From: Rhina ancylostomus
Lineage: Eukaryota
Assembly: GCA_030265395.1 (NCBI GenBank)
Contig: JARFYF010000055.1
Coordinates: 20,338,896 to 20,402,895 of the forward strand
Direction of reading: 5' to 3'
DNA length: 64,000 nt
In this document: positions 28,171 through 40,880 of the stretch, one piece after another
Layout of the letters: every line of letters begins with the position of its first letter
Numbering within the stretch: the first letter of the stretch is position 1
Position numbers and translations under genes: made by a program
Notes under the pieces: generated by a model
Database searches by the model: none
Seen by the model: the letters and a program-made list of their open reading frames with translations, nothing else
Told to the model about the DNA's origin: nothing

Positions 28171-28889
28171 GTCATGAACCAGAATCCATTACTAAACAAT
28201 TGCAAAGACTCCCAGCGTTAAAGAGAATATAGATGCTGGAAAGATTACTTTTTACATTTTCACCAGGAATAACAGCCAGCTTCAATATAAAAGACAGCTG
28301 GATGGGTTGTAATCTGGATGCCAATTCACTGTGGCCAAAATCAGATATCATGCCTGATATTCTGTAAAGCTGGGTTTAGTCAATAAGCTGTATAGCCCAG
28401 GATGCAGCCGCTGCTCAAACTTGCTGCTTGCAGACCCCATCTACCTGGACTTGCTTTATCTAGATGCAAACTGATGTAATGCGCTCGAGAGGCATCCCAT
28501 GACACAGATTGAGCTCCAAGCTTGCCACTGCCAAAGGCCTTTGAACAGATTATATATGTTTTTGATGGCAGAGACATTTAAAAACTATGCAAATACATTG
28601 ACAGGTTAAATGGACACTGTAAACGCTGATGGGAGAATTAGGAATGTGAATGGGTTTATGTAAGAGGATAGCTGACAGAGAAATAACTGAGGGAATGGTT
28701 TTGAAAGAATTGCTCCAAGACCATGGGCTCAATGGGCCAAATAGTCTCCTTCAAATGAAACATAAATCTGATTTATCTGATAAATCTGAATTAATAGAGA
28801 TAATTTATACTAATTTAAAACAGAACCTAATGTGATGTGTGTAAGGAATTGTGGAAGTGCTAGCTGTAATATCAAAATTGTATGGCAAC

Positions 28890-29632
28890 TGTTACGAACC
28901 AGCAACAGAAGAAACACACCAAGTCATGTATAAGTGTTAAAAGCTACTTTATTAATAACTAATGTTAATAAGAAAAATAACAATAAAAATGTTAGATTGG
29001 TAGAGGTAAAAATGTTATATCTTAAACATTAACCCCAAAAACTAAACTCGTCATGTGTGTGGCAAATTCCCAAACTTCAAGTCCAGGAATGGTTCTTAAA
29101 GTTCAGTTCAGCAAGCCATAAGGTGAAACGTAAGCAAAGGCTTCTTCAACAACCACCATTGACTGAAGACAAAACGTAGAGAGAAAATAGAGGTATTACG
29201 AAATCCAAACATTCCACTTTGGAACCCAAACGATACTTCAGTGTCTACTCAGTAGTGACTTCCTCACCCTGAAGGGCACTCGAATTGTGGCCGTCCACAC
29301 AAATACCTGTTTCCTTCTACAGGTCAACAACAAAGTGAACTCCACTGCTTTGTTCCGAAGTATCTGCCACCCCGAAAAGCATCCAAGACGTGGTCATCCA
29401 CACAAATACCTGTTTCCCTCTACAGCTTAATGACAAAGTGGACTCCACTGGATTACTCCAAAAATCCAGATGTCAATTGTAGTGACAGACACAGTTACTG
29501 TTTTTCATCCATCGACAGGGACTAGCAGGCTGTTCTCACTCTGTCTCTCTCTCTCTTTCTCTTCTTCAGACTGACTGCTTCATAAAACGTCATTACATCC
29601 TTTATCTTCTGTTGATGTAAACACGCCCCCCA

Positions 29633-29666
<34 letters not shown>

Positions 29667-29717
29667 CTATGCTCTATCTTAAAGGGACATTCACCAATAG
29701 TAACATAGTTCATAACA
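28890..29717 (-). mobile_element. Solo LTR-like element (828 bp) with 4-bp TSD
   Basis: CAAC|TGTTACGAAC ... GTTCATAACA|CAAC: TG...CA ends, a 10-bp terminal inverted repeat (1 mismatch) and an exact CAAC duplication. Also a minus-strand AATAAA near 28948-28953, an internal ~103-bp tandem duplication and a (CA)n tract. Confidence 0.8.
29633..29665. repeat. (CA)n microsatellite
   Basis: Directly visible CA dinucleotide run inside the LTR-like element. Confidence 0.95.
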
Positions 29718-31084
29718 CAACACAGACGATGCCAGAGAACTAGAGGGTGGCAAACATGTCAGCCCTCTTCAGAACATGATGAGAGTTAGCCAGTCATTCC
29801 TACTTCCCATGTTTGTTAACTACCACTCCATTGGATAAAGAACTATGATTAAAGAAATATCACCACAGTAATAAGATGCCTAGAGGGCAGAAATCTCAGA
29901 ATGAGTTAAAAGCCATTTCTCAGACTGGTATGACATGGAGAGAACTATTACACGGGGTCACTCTTATCTGCATTGTGTAAGAATTCTTAGGAGTTACACC
30001 ATAATGGGGTGGTATGGAAATTGTGATGGAGATGGTGAAGGATTGCAAGAGAACATCAATAGCCTGGCAGGGCAGAGAAAGATGGTAGATAGAAGTCACA
30101 GGGAGAAGGTGTGGATCTTTGATTATGGAAATGAGAATAATGAAGAAAGTTATGTTTTAAAGGGTAAAGTTTTAACTGGAATAAAGCAAAATAGTCCTGT
30201 TGTATAATTTGTTTAATGCATTTGTCTAGTCAAGAGAGCCCACCTTTCCTTTTATTTTGCACGTCCACTAAGCTCTGAACCTGCCCTCATTGTCCCTTCA
30301 GGTTTTTCAAGGTTGTCCTGTTCCTTAAATTCACATTTGAGACCCAGAAACAGGTTCCATTTACTGAGCCAAAATCGGTGAGAGCTGACAGCTCTCAAAT
30401 TATGGCTTGTTGGTGGCACCCAACCAAGAGAGATAGCTGTAATTAAACATCTAATTAAAAGGTTTTGAAGTGTAAATAAAATCTGTAGTGCATGATAGCC
30501 TTACCTTCTCATATGTGACACAAAGCAGAGCAAAGCTCCTGATTGGTTCCAATCCAATATCCAGGCGTTTGATGGCACACTGCAACTCAAGTAGGATCAA
30601 TTATGTCAAAAAGATTTTGTGAGCCTTTAGGAGGTGCCCTGCTGTTTGTTCATCTCTCACTTCAGAATATGAGGAGACCTTCAGAGCCTGAGTGTGTGTA
30701 GCAAATGAAGTAGTTAGTAGTTGACTGCAGCAGCTGGTAACAATAATGGAACAAGTGGCAGCTCAATAAAACAAGCAAGGCTTTGACAAATCAACCCAAC
30801 TCCAAACCAATTCTTTCATATTTCTGTAGGTACCAGAAAGGATTTAAGTTTGTATTATACATTTATTTACCTTTCTCTCTGAAACAGTATGTAATCTTAA
30901 ACATAAATAATGGTAAAACTCTGACTGAACATGCAACCACCTGGTCTCATTCCCTGTTACATGCACTTTTGATTATTGCTGGTTCTGGTTATTTCTGGTC
31001 CTGATTTTTATTTTCCATTCTACCTTGTTTTCATAGGTTTTATATATGTTTATTATTAGAATCTCAAAAAAATAACATTTAAGT

Positions 31085-31695
31085 TTTATATATCTATAAG
31101 TGGCACACACTCATACTTTTAAGAGTTGTTGGTTCAAGTCCTATTCCAGAGGCTTGAACACATTAAAACCAGCCCATCACTCCGGTGCAGGACTGAAGAC
31201 GTGCTGCACTATCTGAATTGCTGTTTTTGTTGGATCAGGTATGAAACAAAGAGCCAGGTGAAAGTGAAGGATCTCATTGTGCTCTCGCCAATGAAAGCAG
31301 GAAAGCTATTTAGACTATCAGAGCTATTCCTTTTCTCCCACCTTTTCTGCAATTTAAAACAAACTTTTCTCACTTTTCTATTTGACCAAGGGTTCTTCAA
31401 CCTGGATTCAATTCTATTTCACTTTCCATTGATGCTGCCCGACATGTTGAGTGTTTCCAGCATTTTCTGTTTTTTTCATGAGTAATTCCCAGGCTACTAT
31501 GTGTTTAGCAATTAACTTTTCATATACAGATGAACTGGGCATTATCGTACTGCTGTTAGAAGAAGTTTCTTCTGTGCAAATTGGCTGCTGCATTTCTTAC
31601 AGTTCAACAGTGACTATGCTTAAAAGATATTTAAATGGCTGCAGAGCACTGAGGTACATACTAAAATGGGTATGAAAAGTGCTATATAAACACCA
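31085..31695 (+). mobile_element. Deu-domain SINE (SacSINE1-like) interrupted by a short insertion
   Basis: 5' part ggttcaagtcc...tgcaggactgaagacgtgctgcact; 3' part tgtgcaaattggctgctgcatttc...acagtgact...gtgctatataaa. An unrelated Penelope-type terminal fragment sits at about 31300-31480. Confidence 0.65.
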
Positions 31696-34600
31696 CTTTT
31701 GTTAAGTTTTTGTAAGTCTCTATGTTTAATCTCAAATGTAATGTATGAATTTAGTGAACTTACTGACTCCCCAGTGCCTGATAGAGGAATGCATAGACTG
31801 GACTCGTGCCAACAGCAGGACTTTAGGGAGAATAAGGAGACCCATGTAAGCTTCAGTCTTCATTGTTTCAAGGATCAGCTAAAAATCATTTCATCTTTTG
31901 TCATGTCTAGGGGTAGATGTGGAATGGGTAGACATGGAAAAACATTTTGCATGCATGTGATTGTATTGGAAGCCAAGTTCTGGTAACTTACTTATTCTTA
32001 GGTCTGGGAACAGAGGAAGAGTTATTTATTAATGATTACTTATATACAACATATATGCTTTATGCACACACATGAATAAATATCGTGGGATGCATTAAGT
32101 GGCCTGAAAGGTTCATCATGGCTTGAATTATTTCCTCATGGATCATCCCTACTTTATAATCTGTAATTATCTAAATCTCCATATCACATGAATGCCATGT
32201 TTTGTTTTACAGCTTCAAGTGGACTCCATCTGAATCACTGTAATTCACAAAGTAAATCCAGGTAATAATCTTATTGTCAAAAAGTTAAAAGAACTCACTT
32301 TTAAGGCCTTAATGCTAACTATATTCAACTTTAAAAGGTGTAATCATATATATTTTAAATAACACCTGTAATTCTTGCTTGGGACAATATTGTCCTTGGC
32401 AGGAAAAGTTTCCAGGATCCAAAATATCATTCCATGAAGAGAGAAAATGAGGAAAGAGAACCATTGCTTGGATTCTCCTGCAGATCTGCTGGAGGAACAG
32501 TGTGCGTGTGAGACAGAGAGAGAGAAAGCAAATGAGGACCAGAATGATAGATGTTGCCTTCCTACCTCATTAGAGAATACTTACGCCATGTAGAGAAGGG
32601 TTAAGACACTAAAAGAAACATCGTATCCAAACATCAATATTTTGTCTTCGGAAGTGATCATGTCTGCATTGGCACATTCACTGAGCCGGAATTTGATGGG
32701 AGAAATGAGCCCATCCACTGCCCTTCCACATTCACCTGTCCAGATGGGGAGGGCAGATCTCACTGGCCCTCTTAGACTGGGAGGTGAAGCAGTGGGTTTC
32801 AGCACTAATGTGGTCTCAGACTACTGGGCCCTGTCCCTGAGATATCCTGACAGATTATCACAGAAGGTATAGCTCCACCTTATGTCAAAACCTGTGATTA
32901 ATTATTTTCTAATATTAATTAAAACATATTAAAATGCATAGAAAAGCATTAAACTAAAAAAAATGAAAACATTATACTAAATTAAAATAATTCTTAAAAA
33001 ATATTACTAACTTTCCCATTTGCTTCCCAGCTTCCTAATCTGTTCAGCTAGAATCCCCATTGAAACTGGGGTCTTTGATTCCACTCCAAGCCTGATGTGG
33101 TGTTGAACTGGAAATCCCAACAGCACTTGAGTGCAGGGATGGGTGTGATTTGTCATTTAGTACATCCCAGTCCTTCAAAGGTCCCCATAAGCCCAGGTCA
33201 CAGTTTTACTGGGACAGCAAATGCCATTAGTTTCCACCATTGAATCTAGAACTTCAGGAATTGCTGTCAGCAATTCCCTACTCCTCCATGGTGCACACTG
33301 TTTTGAAGCCTTCTCTAACTTAACCAGCTGAAGTCAGTGATCTGACCCAAATTAGATAATTGAAAACTATTCTCAGTGCCCAGAAGCCCTGAAAATTTTA
33401 AGTTGTGTTGCAGGATATATGACTGAGTTTTCAATGGTGTACTAAACCTTAACTGCTGCTCGCTGGCCTAAAAATAAAACTCATTTCCTTTGTGAATGAT
33501 ATCCTTTCTTCTAACAATTATCTGATTTTTGTCTTAGAAATAATCTTTGATTGTTTTTTCTTTCTCTTTTAATCTCATATTTATTCCCCCATTTATATTT
33601 TGCACTATAAACTACTAAAAATTGAGCTTTACACTTTTTAATTTGCGCTAGGATTGCAAAATATTCAGCAAATTTACTCTCAGAAATTGACATTTTTGAT
33701 TAAAAGAGAAATATAATTCTTTAGTCTGATTGATTGCTCAGCTTCTGATGTAGTCTTTTGTTAAGAACATAAGAAATGGCAGTGGGAGTAGACATATAGC
33801 CATTCAGATCTGCTTTGCACCCAGTAGGATGATGACTAATCCACTACCAAGTTAATTTTCCCATCCAACCCCTCTGCCTCTTGATTCTGTTAGTGTTCAA
33901 AACCATTGAACTCAGCTGCACATATTCTCAAAGCCTGAATATTCTCAACCACCTGTGGTAGGAGGTGCTAAAGATATTCAGCCCTCAGAATGAAGAAACC
34001 TTGCCCGAGCTAGTGACCTTGAGACTGTCTTCTAATTCCAACATTTCCAACTAGGAAAAAAAAAATTTTCACAAAATGTATCTTGTTATTTCCCTTAAAG
34101 TCTTATAAATTTCATTGCAATCTCCTAGTTTCCAAAAGTTTCTACTCAGTAGAAACAATTAATTATAATTATAATAAGCAATATAACCATAAAACATGTG
34201 GCAAAATCTGAGTTCTGTCTATTAGTATTGCAAGTTTGGGGGAGTGAGTGGAGAAGTCAATGTTTTGTCAACTGCAATGCCCAGGTCTTGCAGGAATCCG
34301 TTCCTTCAACTTGGCATTACTGGAAATGCCAGCAGTGTTGTGCACTTTGTGAAACCCCTGTCACACTTTTAGAGTGTTGAACGTCAGTCGTACACCACAA
34401 AATGACTTTCTGCTGTCACTGTAGTTAGTTTTCAAAGTAAGGCAACTTTAAATCTGATGCAAACTTATTGGAGAATTTGACGTTTAAGCTACATTGAAGC
34501 TGAAAATTACTCCATATGTTCCACAGTGACAGAAAGCTGCTGTTTACATGTTGTGGTTTTACAGTAAGAGAATCAAAGTTGCAACATCCTCCTTTGATTA

Positions 34601-36319
34601 GGAAATTTAACAGGTTTCTTGACAGATGAAGACAGATTATGTGATGCAAACTCATTATTGTGCAGCCAAGTATCAGAGTATTTTGAGTAGCATACGTGGC
34701 AAGTCTCTGCAAATGATTCAAGAAGTGTACAACAGCCACTGGTGTTACATGAGTATTTTTAACATTGATTTTGATGGAGCACCTGGTTGAGCTTTCTGGA
34801 AAATATCTGGTTCCATTCCTGGCTCAAACAAAGTGCAGGGAATATTCTACTCAATGGAAAAATCAGCCAGTAAAGTTAATGCCAACCATCCGACATTCTT
34901 TAGATCCTCCCGGAGTTATTTGGGAAACATTTTGAAAGTTCAAAGTTCACACATGAATGGAAAAGAAAATCTGATGGAGAGTAAAAATGACAGATTCACA
35001 ACCATCTTACTGTACAAGACAAGTTCCTGTTCAACCTCACAACATCACATAATTAAATAGTGAAAAATGAACTTCCTACTGTAAGGTCATGTGTGAAATT
35101 CAACCTCTGCCAGACATGGATCTCATTCCCTCCCAAACATGGACCTCAACCCCTGGCAAACCTGGACCACAAATGGCACCAATCCTGGTCCTCAATCCTT
35201 ACCAGTAATTGTCCTCCACCCCTGATGACCATTGATCTCAATCCCTGACAAACATGGATCTGAACTTCTGCTAATGAATTCTTGAAGTCAAAGCAGCTCA
35301 GATTTCTCTGAACTGATTTTTTTTTATTCACTTGTTTGCCTATTTGAAGGTCTAATGGTTTGGGATGAATTGTGTCCTGTCCTGGTGGATGAATTGTAAT
35401 TAAAAAAAAGTGACATAAATTTAAGCTGTACATGTGGCCTATGAGGCTCCCTGGAGTCAAGAGGAAGAATGCCTCTACTGTGCCTTGTTATTTAACATTT
35501 TGTACAACTACCAATCTTCTTCTCATTTGGAAATGTTTGAACTGGCCAATAAGAAAGATTTTCATATCCTAATTGATATTGATTTGAATTCAGATTTGAG
35601 CAGCAAAAATATTGTGGTATATCATTAGACAAATTATTTAAGAATGTAGTTTATAATATTCTGAGAAAACCATTTAAGTGGAACATTGGATAATAGTGGG
35701 AGAATTATATACCAATAAAGGAGACACTTGGCCCATCACACTTTGCTCACTCCCTGAAGGAGGTTTCCACTTAGTATCATTTATCCCTGTATCTTTTTAA
35801 CTTTTTAATACATTTATATGTTTTACAGTATTATAGATTCTGTTTCCACTATATGCCCAAACAACTGTCTATATAAACCATTTCTTTTGATCCCTATTTT
35901 TGCCCTCTAACTTAAATTTATCCATTCTATTCACCAACTTATCAGCCATTTACTTAAGGCCAAACCATTTGATCCTCTTAACCTTCTCTGCTTTAAAAGA
36001 AAAAGCCCAACTTCCCAAATTGATCCAAGTAAACTAAAGCCTCACTAAGAACATGGCATCTACCTTCACATCATTCTGCACAGACTACAACAAGATGGTT
36101 TTGCACTTGTGTGCAATCAAGGTGAAGTTGATAAGGAGCGCCTGAAATATTATGGCCGAGACCTAATAAATACAAACCTCTTTGTGGTATCCTCAGGAGC
36201 TGCATCAGAAGTCTGGTGCTGATATCCAGGTAGAGTTACTTATCACCCATTTTACCTTTTCTACCATGACCCAATGTTCGCTATATTACCATTTTGACCA
36301 ATAACAGGTCTTTGTTAGA

Positions 36320-36650
36320 CCTGACAGAAATTTATAAAATTATGAGATGGTAGATAATCAGAGTTTTTTTCCCAGGATAGAAATATCAAATACCAGAGGG
36401 CATAGCTTTAAGGTGAGAGGGGAAAGTTTTTTGACAGAAGACTGGTAGGTGCCGGAACCGGCTGCCAGTGGTGGTGGTGGAAGCAGACACAATAGAGGCG
36501 TTTATGATGCATTTAGACAGACACACGAATGTGAAGGGAATGGAAGGACATGGATCATGGATGGAATTAGTTTCCTTTGGCATTATGGGTCAGTGCAGAT
36601 ATCATGGACCGAAGACCCTGTGCTGTACTGTTCTATGTTCTGTGTTCTTT
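36320..36650 (+). mobile_element. CR1 LINE 3' end
   Basis: ccagagggcatagctttaaggtgagagggg...gtggtggaagcagacacaatag...gctgtactgttctatgttct tail. Confidence 0.8.
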
Positions 36651-36679
36651 GATCTTCATCCTCCAAGCCATTGGTCAGA

Positions 36680-37110
36680 TTCAGGTCTTGGGTAACACTT
36701 GCACAGCCAATATTTATTGCCCATCCCTAATTGCCGTGGAGAAAGTAGTGGTGAACCGCTGCCTTTAACCACTGTAGTCCTTCTGGAGAAGGTGCTTCCA
36801 TAATGCTGTTGGGCAGGGAGTTCCAGGATTTAGAATCAGAAATGATGAAGGGCCATCAAATTATTTCCAAGTCAGGATGGTGCGCAACATGAGGGGAACC
36901 TGCAGCTGGTGGTGTTCCCTTGCTGCTCTTGTGCTTCTTGGTGGCAGAGTTTGTGGGTCTGAGAAATGTAGGTGGAGTAGCCTGGGTGTGTACCTACAGT
37001 GCATATTGTAGATGCTGTGAACTGCAGCCACTATGCTTCAGTAGTGGAAGGAATGCTGATTGGTTTGTTTTGGTTGCATTTGATCTGTTTGAGAATTATT
37101 CTCCTTTGGG
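36680..37110 (-). mobile_element. LINE 3' fragment (CR1-group family with ...gggatgggcaataaat tail)
   Basis: atttattgcccatccctaattgcc...gagttccaggattt...tatttccaagtcaggatggtg. Shares its tail with the element at 45970-46280. Confidence 0.6.
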
Positions 37111-40100
37111 TAAGGCCAGAGGAGAATGTTTCACTGATCCTTTGACTTAAACTACAGTGAGACCAAACTTGAAGGCTGATTACAATCAGATGGGAGTTCT
37201 TAAAACTTATTCAAAAAAATTAATAATTGAAAATAAACTAACTTGTAGTGTTTTCAGGTTAATGCTTTTCTGCTTTGCCTATAGGAAAGAATTGCATGGA
37301 TTATAACCTATTCATTATTACATCAAATTTTATTAGAGGAAAAAAATCAGGTCTAAATGACTCTGGGTCAGTACATGTGTATTTATAATCTGTAATTTTG
37401 TACCTAATCCAGTAAAGGTAAATAGAGATTATCTCTAAAAGAAGTATTTACTTCAGTATTAAAAATCAAATTGATCAAGATCCAGCTATAAACAATTTGG
37501 CTGGAAGTAGGCTTGTTAGTATATCCATTCTCTTATTGCCAGCACTAGAAATTAACTGTTGCCTCCAATGGAGTGTTCGTTGGCCCCTCTACTGCACACC
37601 AAAAACCATTTTGGTCTTGGCCTGCAACATGGTAAACTGGTAGTGCCTGAGGCATCAGGCACCACTGGATGGGCCTTACATTAGGGAAGACCTTTCCTTC
37701 ACCATTATGTCAGACCAGGTCAGGGACATCCAGGATTTGGAGGGTTAAAGTAGGGGTGTCTGAGCTGGTGGTTCTGAATATGAAATCAGGTGTCGTACTT
37801 CAATATCACTGTCTTCTTGTTGTTCATTCACTACATAGGGTGCCCTTTCAATTGTAACCAGCACTGTCTTCTCCCTGCAGCTTGGGGCTGTTCACCCAAG
37901 CCCCATCAGCACCCCAGTTAGCTCCTGCTGACTTGTATCATGTGTCATCTTGATCTGCAAGAGAGTGAGTCATGTGTCAGCGAATAGTGCCAATCACATT
38001 TAGATAATTGGCTGTATTTATTGAATGGTTAAGCAGTGTTTGCAAATTGTGATGTAAGTATGAAGGCTGCAATAGTTCCAAGTACAGGATGCTTATGAAT
38101 GCTAGGCATGAATCCTAATTGATAAAGATTGCAGGTGAAGGATGGGTGTGCGGTGAAATGAGCAGTGACTGATATTAGTGGTTGCATTGCTGATATGTGA
38201 TAGTTGAAAGTGCATTCCCTGTGTTCAGTGTTGTGTGAATCCATTGTACTCTTTCTGGTTATGCGTCTAAGTCCTCGGAAATGTACTACTGGCAAAGATC
38301 TCTGTGGGCATCCACTACCACTGCCTTCTCATAAAAGATACCAGGGCATCTCTTTTCCCTTCCGTCCCTTCCACTTTCACCCCCAATTCCACACTTGAAA
38401 ACCTGGGTGCTAGCTCTCTCCCATGTTCCAAAATTTTTCTCTGTTTCCAAGGAAGGATTCAGCTACAANNNNNNNNNNNNNNNNNNNNNNNNNNNNNNNN
38501 NNNNNNNNNNNNNNNNNNNNNNNNNNNNNNNNNNNNNNNNNNNNNNNNNNNNNNNNNNNNNNNNNNNNGAACCATTTGCACCTGCTCCAGCCACAATCCC
38601 CCTACCATCTAAGCAGTGCAGGTTAGCCTGTCATACTGTTAGCAAAGCACAATTTTGGGACCCCTGCTGACTCGTGCAGCATATCAACAGCACAGCTAGC
38701 ACTGCCAACAGTCAGAAACCAGGAAAATGGCAGCACAAAAATCACATGCTGCATGAATTACATGGAACAGGTGTACAATTATTTTTAATCCTGATTTATT
38801 TAGCTGGATGTCTTTGTTGTTGAGCGCAAGACTCAAGTTCACACTGAAGGTGAAGGTTCCCAGAAGAGTTTGTATATTCATTTTGAAATATGTTTATAGT
38901 GATTGAGACTATTCACCAACAGAGTAGGAGAAGAATTTCTAAGTTATGCCACCTGTTCAGATTTCTGAAGTCACCTTTACTTGAAGCACTCTCTGCCAAT
39001 TGTGCAAAGTGTGAATGGGTATGAAATGTGCAGCTTCAGACTAACTGGTGTTAAAGAACAAACTTAGGGTACTGCTGCAAACTCAAGAGATGAGTTAAAG
39101 GTGCCAAAAGTTAATGGAAAATTATTGAATATTTTGTAATTACTGTGTTACAGTTTCAAATTCTCAATGAGATCCCAACACACATTCTGGTCTTGAATGT
39201 CATTCACTACTTGTCTCTGTGCGATGCCATTCTTGGCTTGGTTACCTAGGGCAGCTGGTACCTAGGGCTACCTAGAGGATGAGGAAAGAGTAAGCCTGAA
39301 AATTTATTAAGCAACCTAAGTGTGGTGTTAGCAGATTGAGCAACGGCATTTTCAGGATGCACTTTGGCAGCCAAGAAAAGTACACTTGGGAAGTTAACAT
39401 ACTGGGGATTTGGAAGGAGGAAAGGAAAAGCTCTCAAATATTTTAAGAAAAAATTGACTTTTCCATTTGCTTTTATTATGTAATGCAGGAACCTTGCAAC
39501 TACAGCAGAACATTTTTTGGATCCATAGAGAATTTGCCCTGTAATGTGGGTGGGAGCATATGCTCCAAAACACATAGAATCATGTTATTACATCTCTGGC
39601 TCTGTAATAAAAATTTAACTAAATGATCTGAGGAAGAGGAAAGCTATTACGCTGGTCTGATTGTACACACATTCTTGCAAAGATTTTTAAAGATATCAGA
39701 AGGATAAAATGGCAGGTAAGTCATACTCATATCCAGAGAAATAACATACTATAATCTACTGCTGCAGAAGGTTTGTACAGAACATTTGATTTCACAGAAT
39801 GTAAATGTAGAATATGAACTATCCTTGAATGTCCAAGGGCTGAACTCTCTATAACAACGAGCCCTCTGTGCATGAATGTCTTTCTCATAATCCTCTTTTG
39901 ATTATTAATTTATTCTGTTCCTTAATGTTCTCATGTGGTTACTTCTCCAAAACTATTAGCCATTTGAATGTAAGGAATAAGGCAGAATGGTTTTAGCAGA
40001 ATTGTTATTTTTAAGGTTTTAATTTTCTAAAACGTTTGTAGGGAGGATACATTTCTAAGTTTCCCTTTCTGCAACCTAGCTTACCATTCCCAGTATAAAA

Positions 40101-40784
40101 CTGCACATTTGCTAACCCAGGGCACCACTTAAAGCAGTCTGATTTCATGAGGAGAAAACCTGGGATTTGGAAACAAATTATTTGCATCAGGGTGTTTCCA
40201 GGAATGTGCCCACGTGGCTCTTCTCGTGTTGCTGGATTCCTCTAATGTGACTTTATTTACTTCAGTATTGATACTTCTATCAACGTGCTCCCTCCCAGGT
40301 CATAATGATTGTTAAATATATTTTTTTATGAGACTCCAAGTCTGTCTCTATGAATTAACCTACAGAAGAAGATTTTTTTCTATCTTAACTACAGTTCAAA
40401 ACCGTTCAGAAGTCGACCTCCTTGAAGCATTGTGCAATGCTTGAGATTGTTCTTTCTCGTCTTTCTTTAAAACTGCAGTTTAACTTTAACCCATTCACCA
40501 CCATCCATATTCAGTTAGGGTTGAATAAAATGTCCCCTAAAAGAACATTATCTGAAATCAGCCTTAGGATAGATAATTCAGGCAATAATGTCAGAGAAAT
40601 TCTGGTCTTGAATGCATCAAATTCCTCTGTCGGTTATTATGACCAAGATGTTAATCAGTTCAGAATAAATGAGGTAAAAACACTTTTGCACAGCAGAAAA
40701 TGCAATCTGATACAAGAAATTATTGTACAATAATAAGCCATATGAAACTTCCAAACTAAATTGTTCATGTTTTTCATGAGACAT

Positions 40785-40880
40785 TTTGTTCCTAACTCTG
40801 ATGGAACAGAGCATATTCCGGCATTTATGCCAACCCGTATTCCAAACTTGTTATTCAATGGTTCTTCAGGGATTGCGGTC
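40785..40880 (+). other. gyrA: Bacterial DNA gyrase subunit A-like coding fragment at a contig end (probable contaminant)
   Basis: Translates [32 protein letters not shown], matching the gammaproteobacterial GyrA motif [38 protein letters not shown]. Runs directly into the N gap. Confidence 0.85.

Noticed and set aside
37644-37654. TGCCTGAGGCA AP-2 consensus site
   Set aside because: Lies in what looks like decayed repeat sequence, with no supporting motif cluster.
40422-40733. 103-aa ORF next to the gyrA fragment as further bacterial sequence
   Set aside because: No similarity to the expected upstream GyrA sequence (AAMRYTE) or any other recognisable protein.
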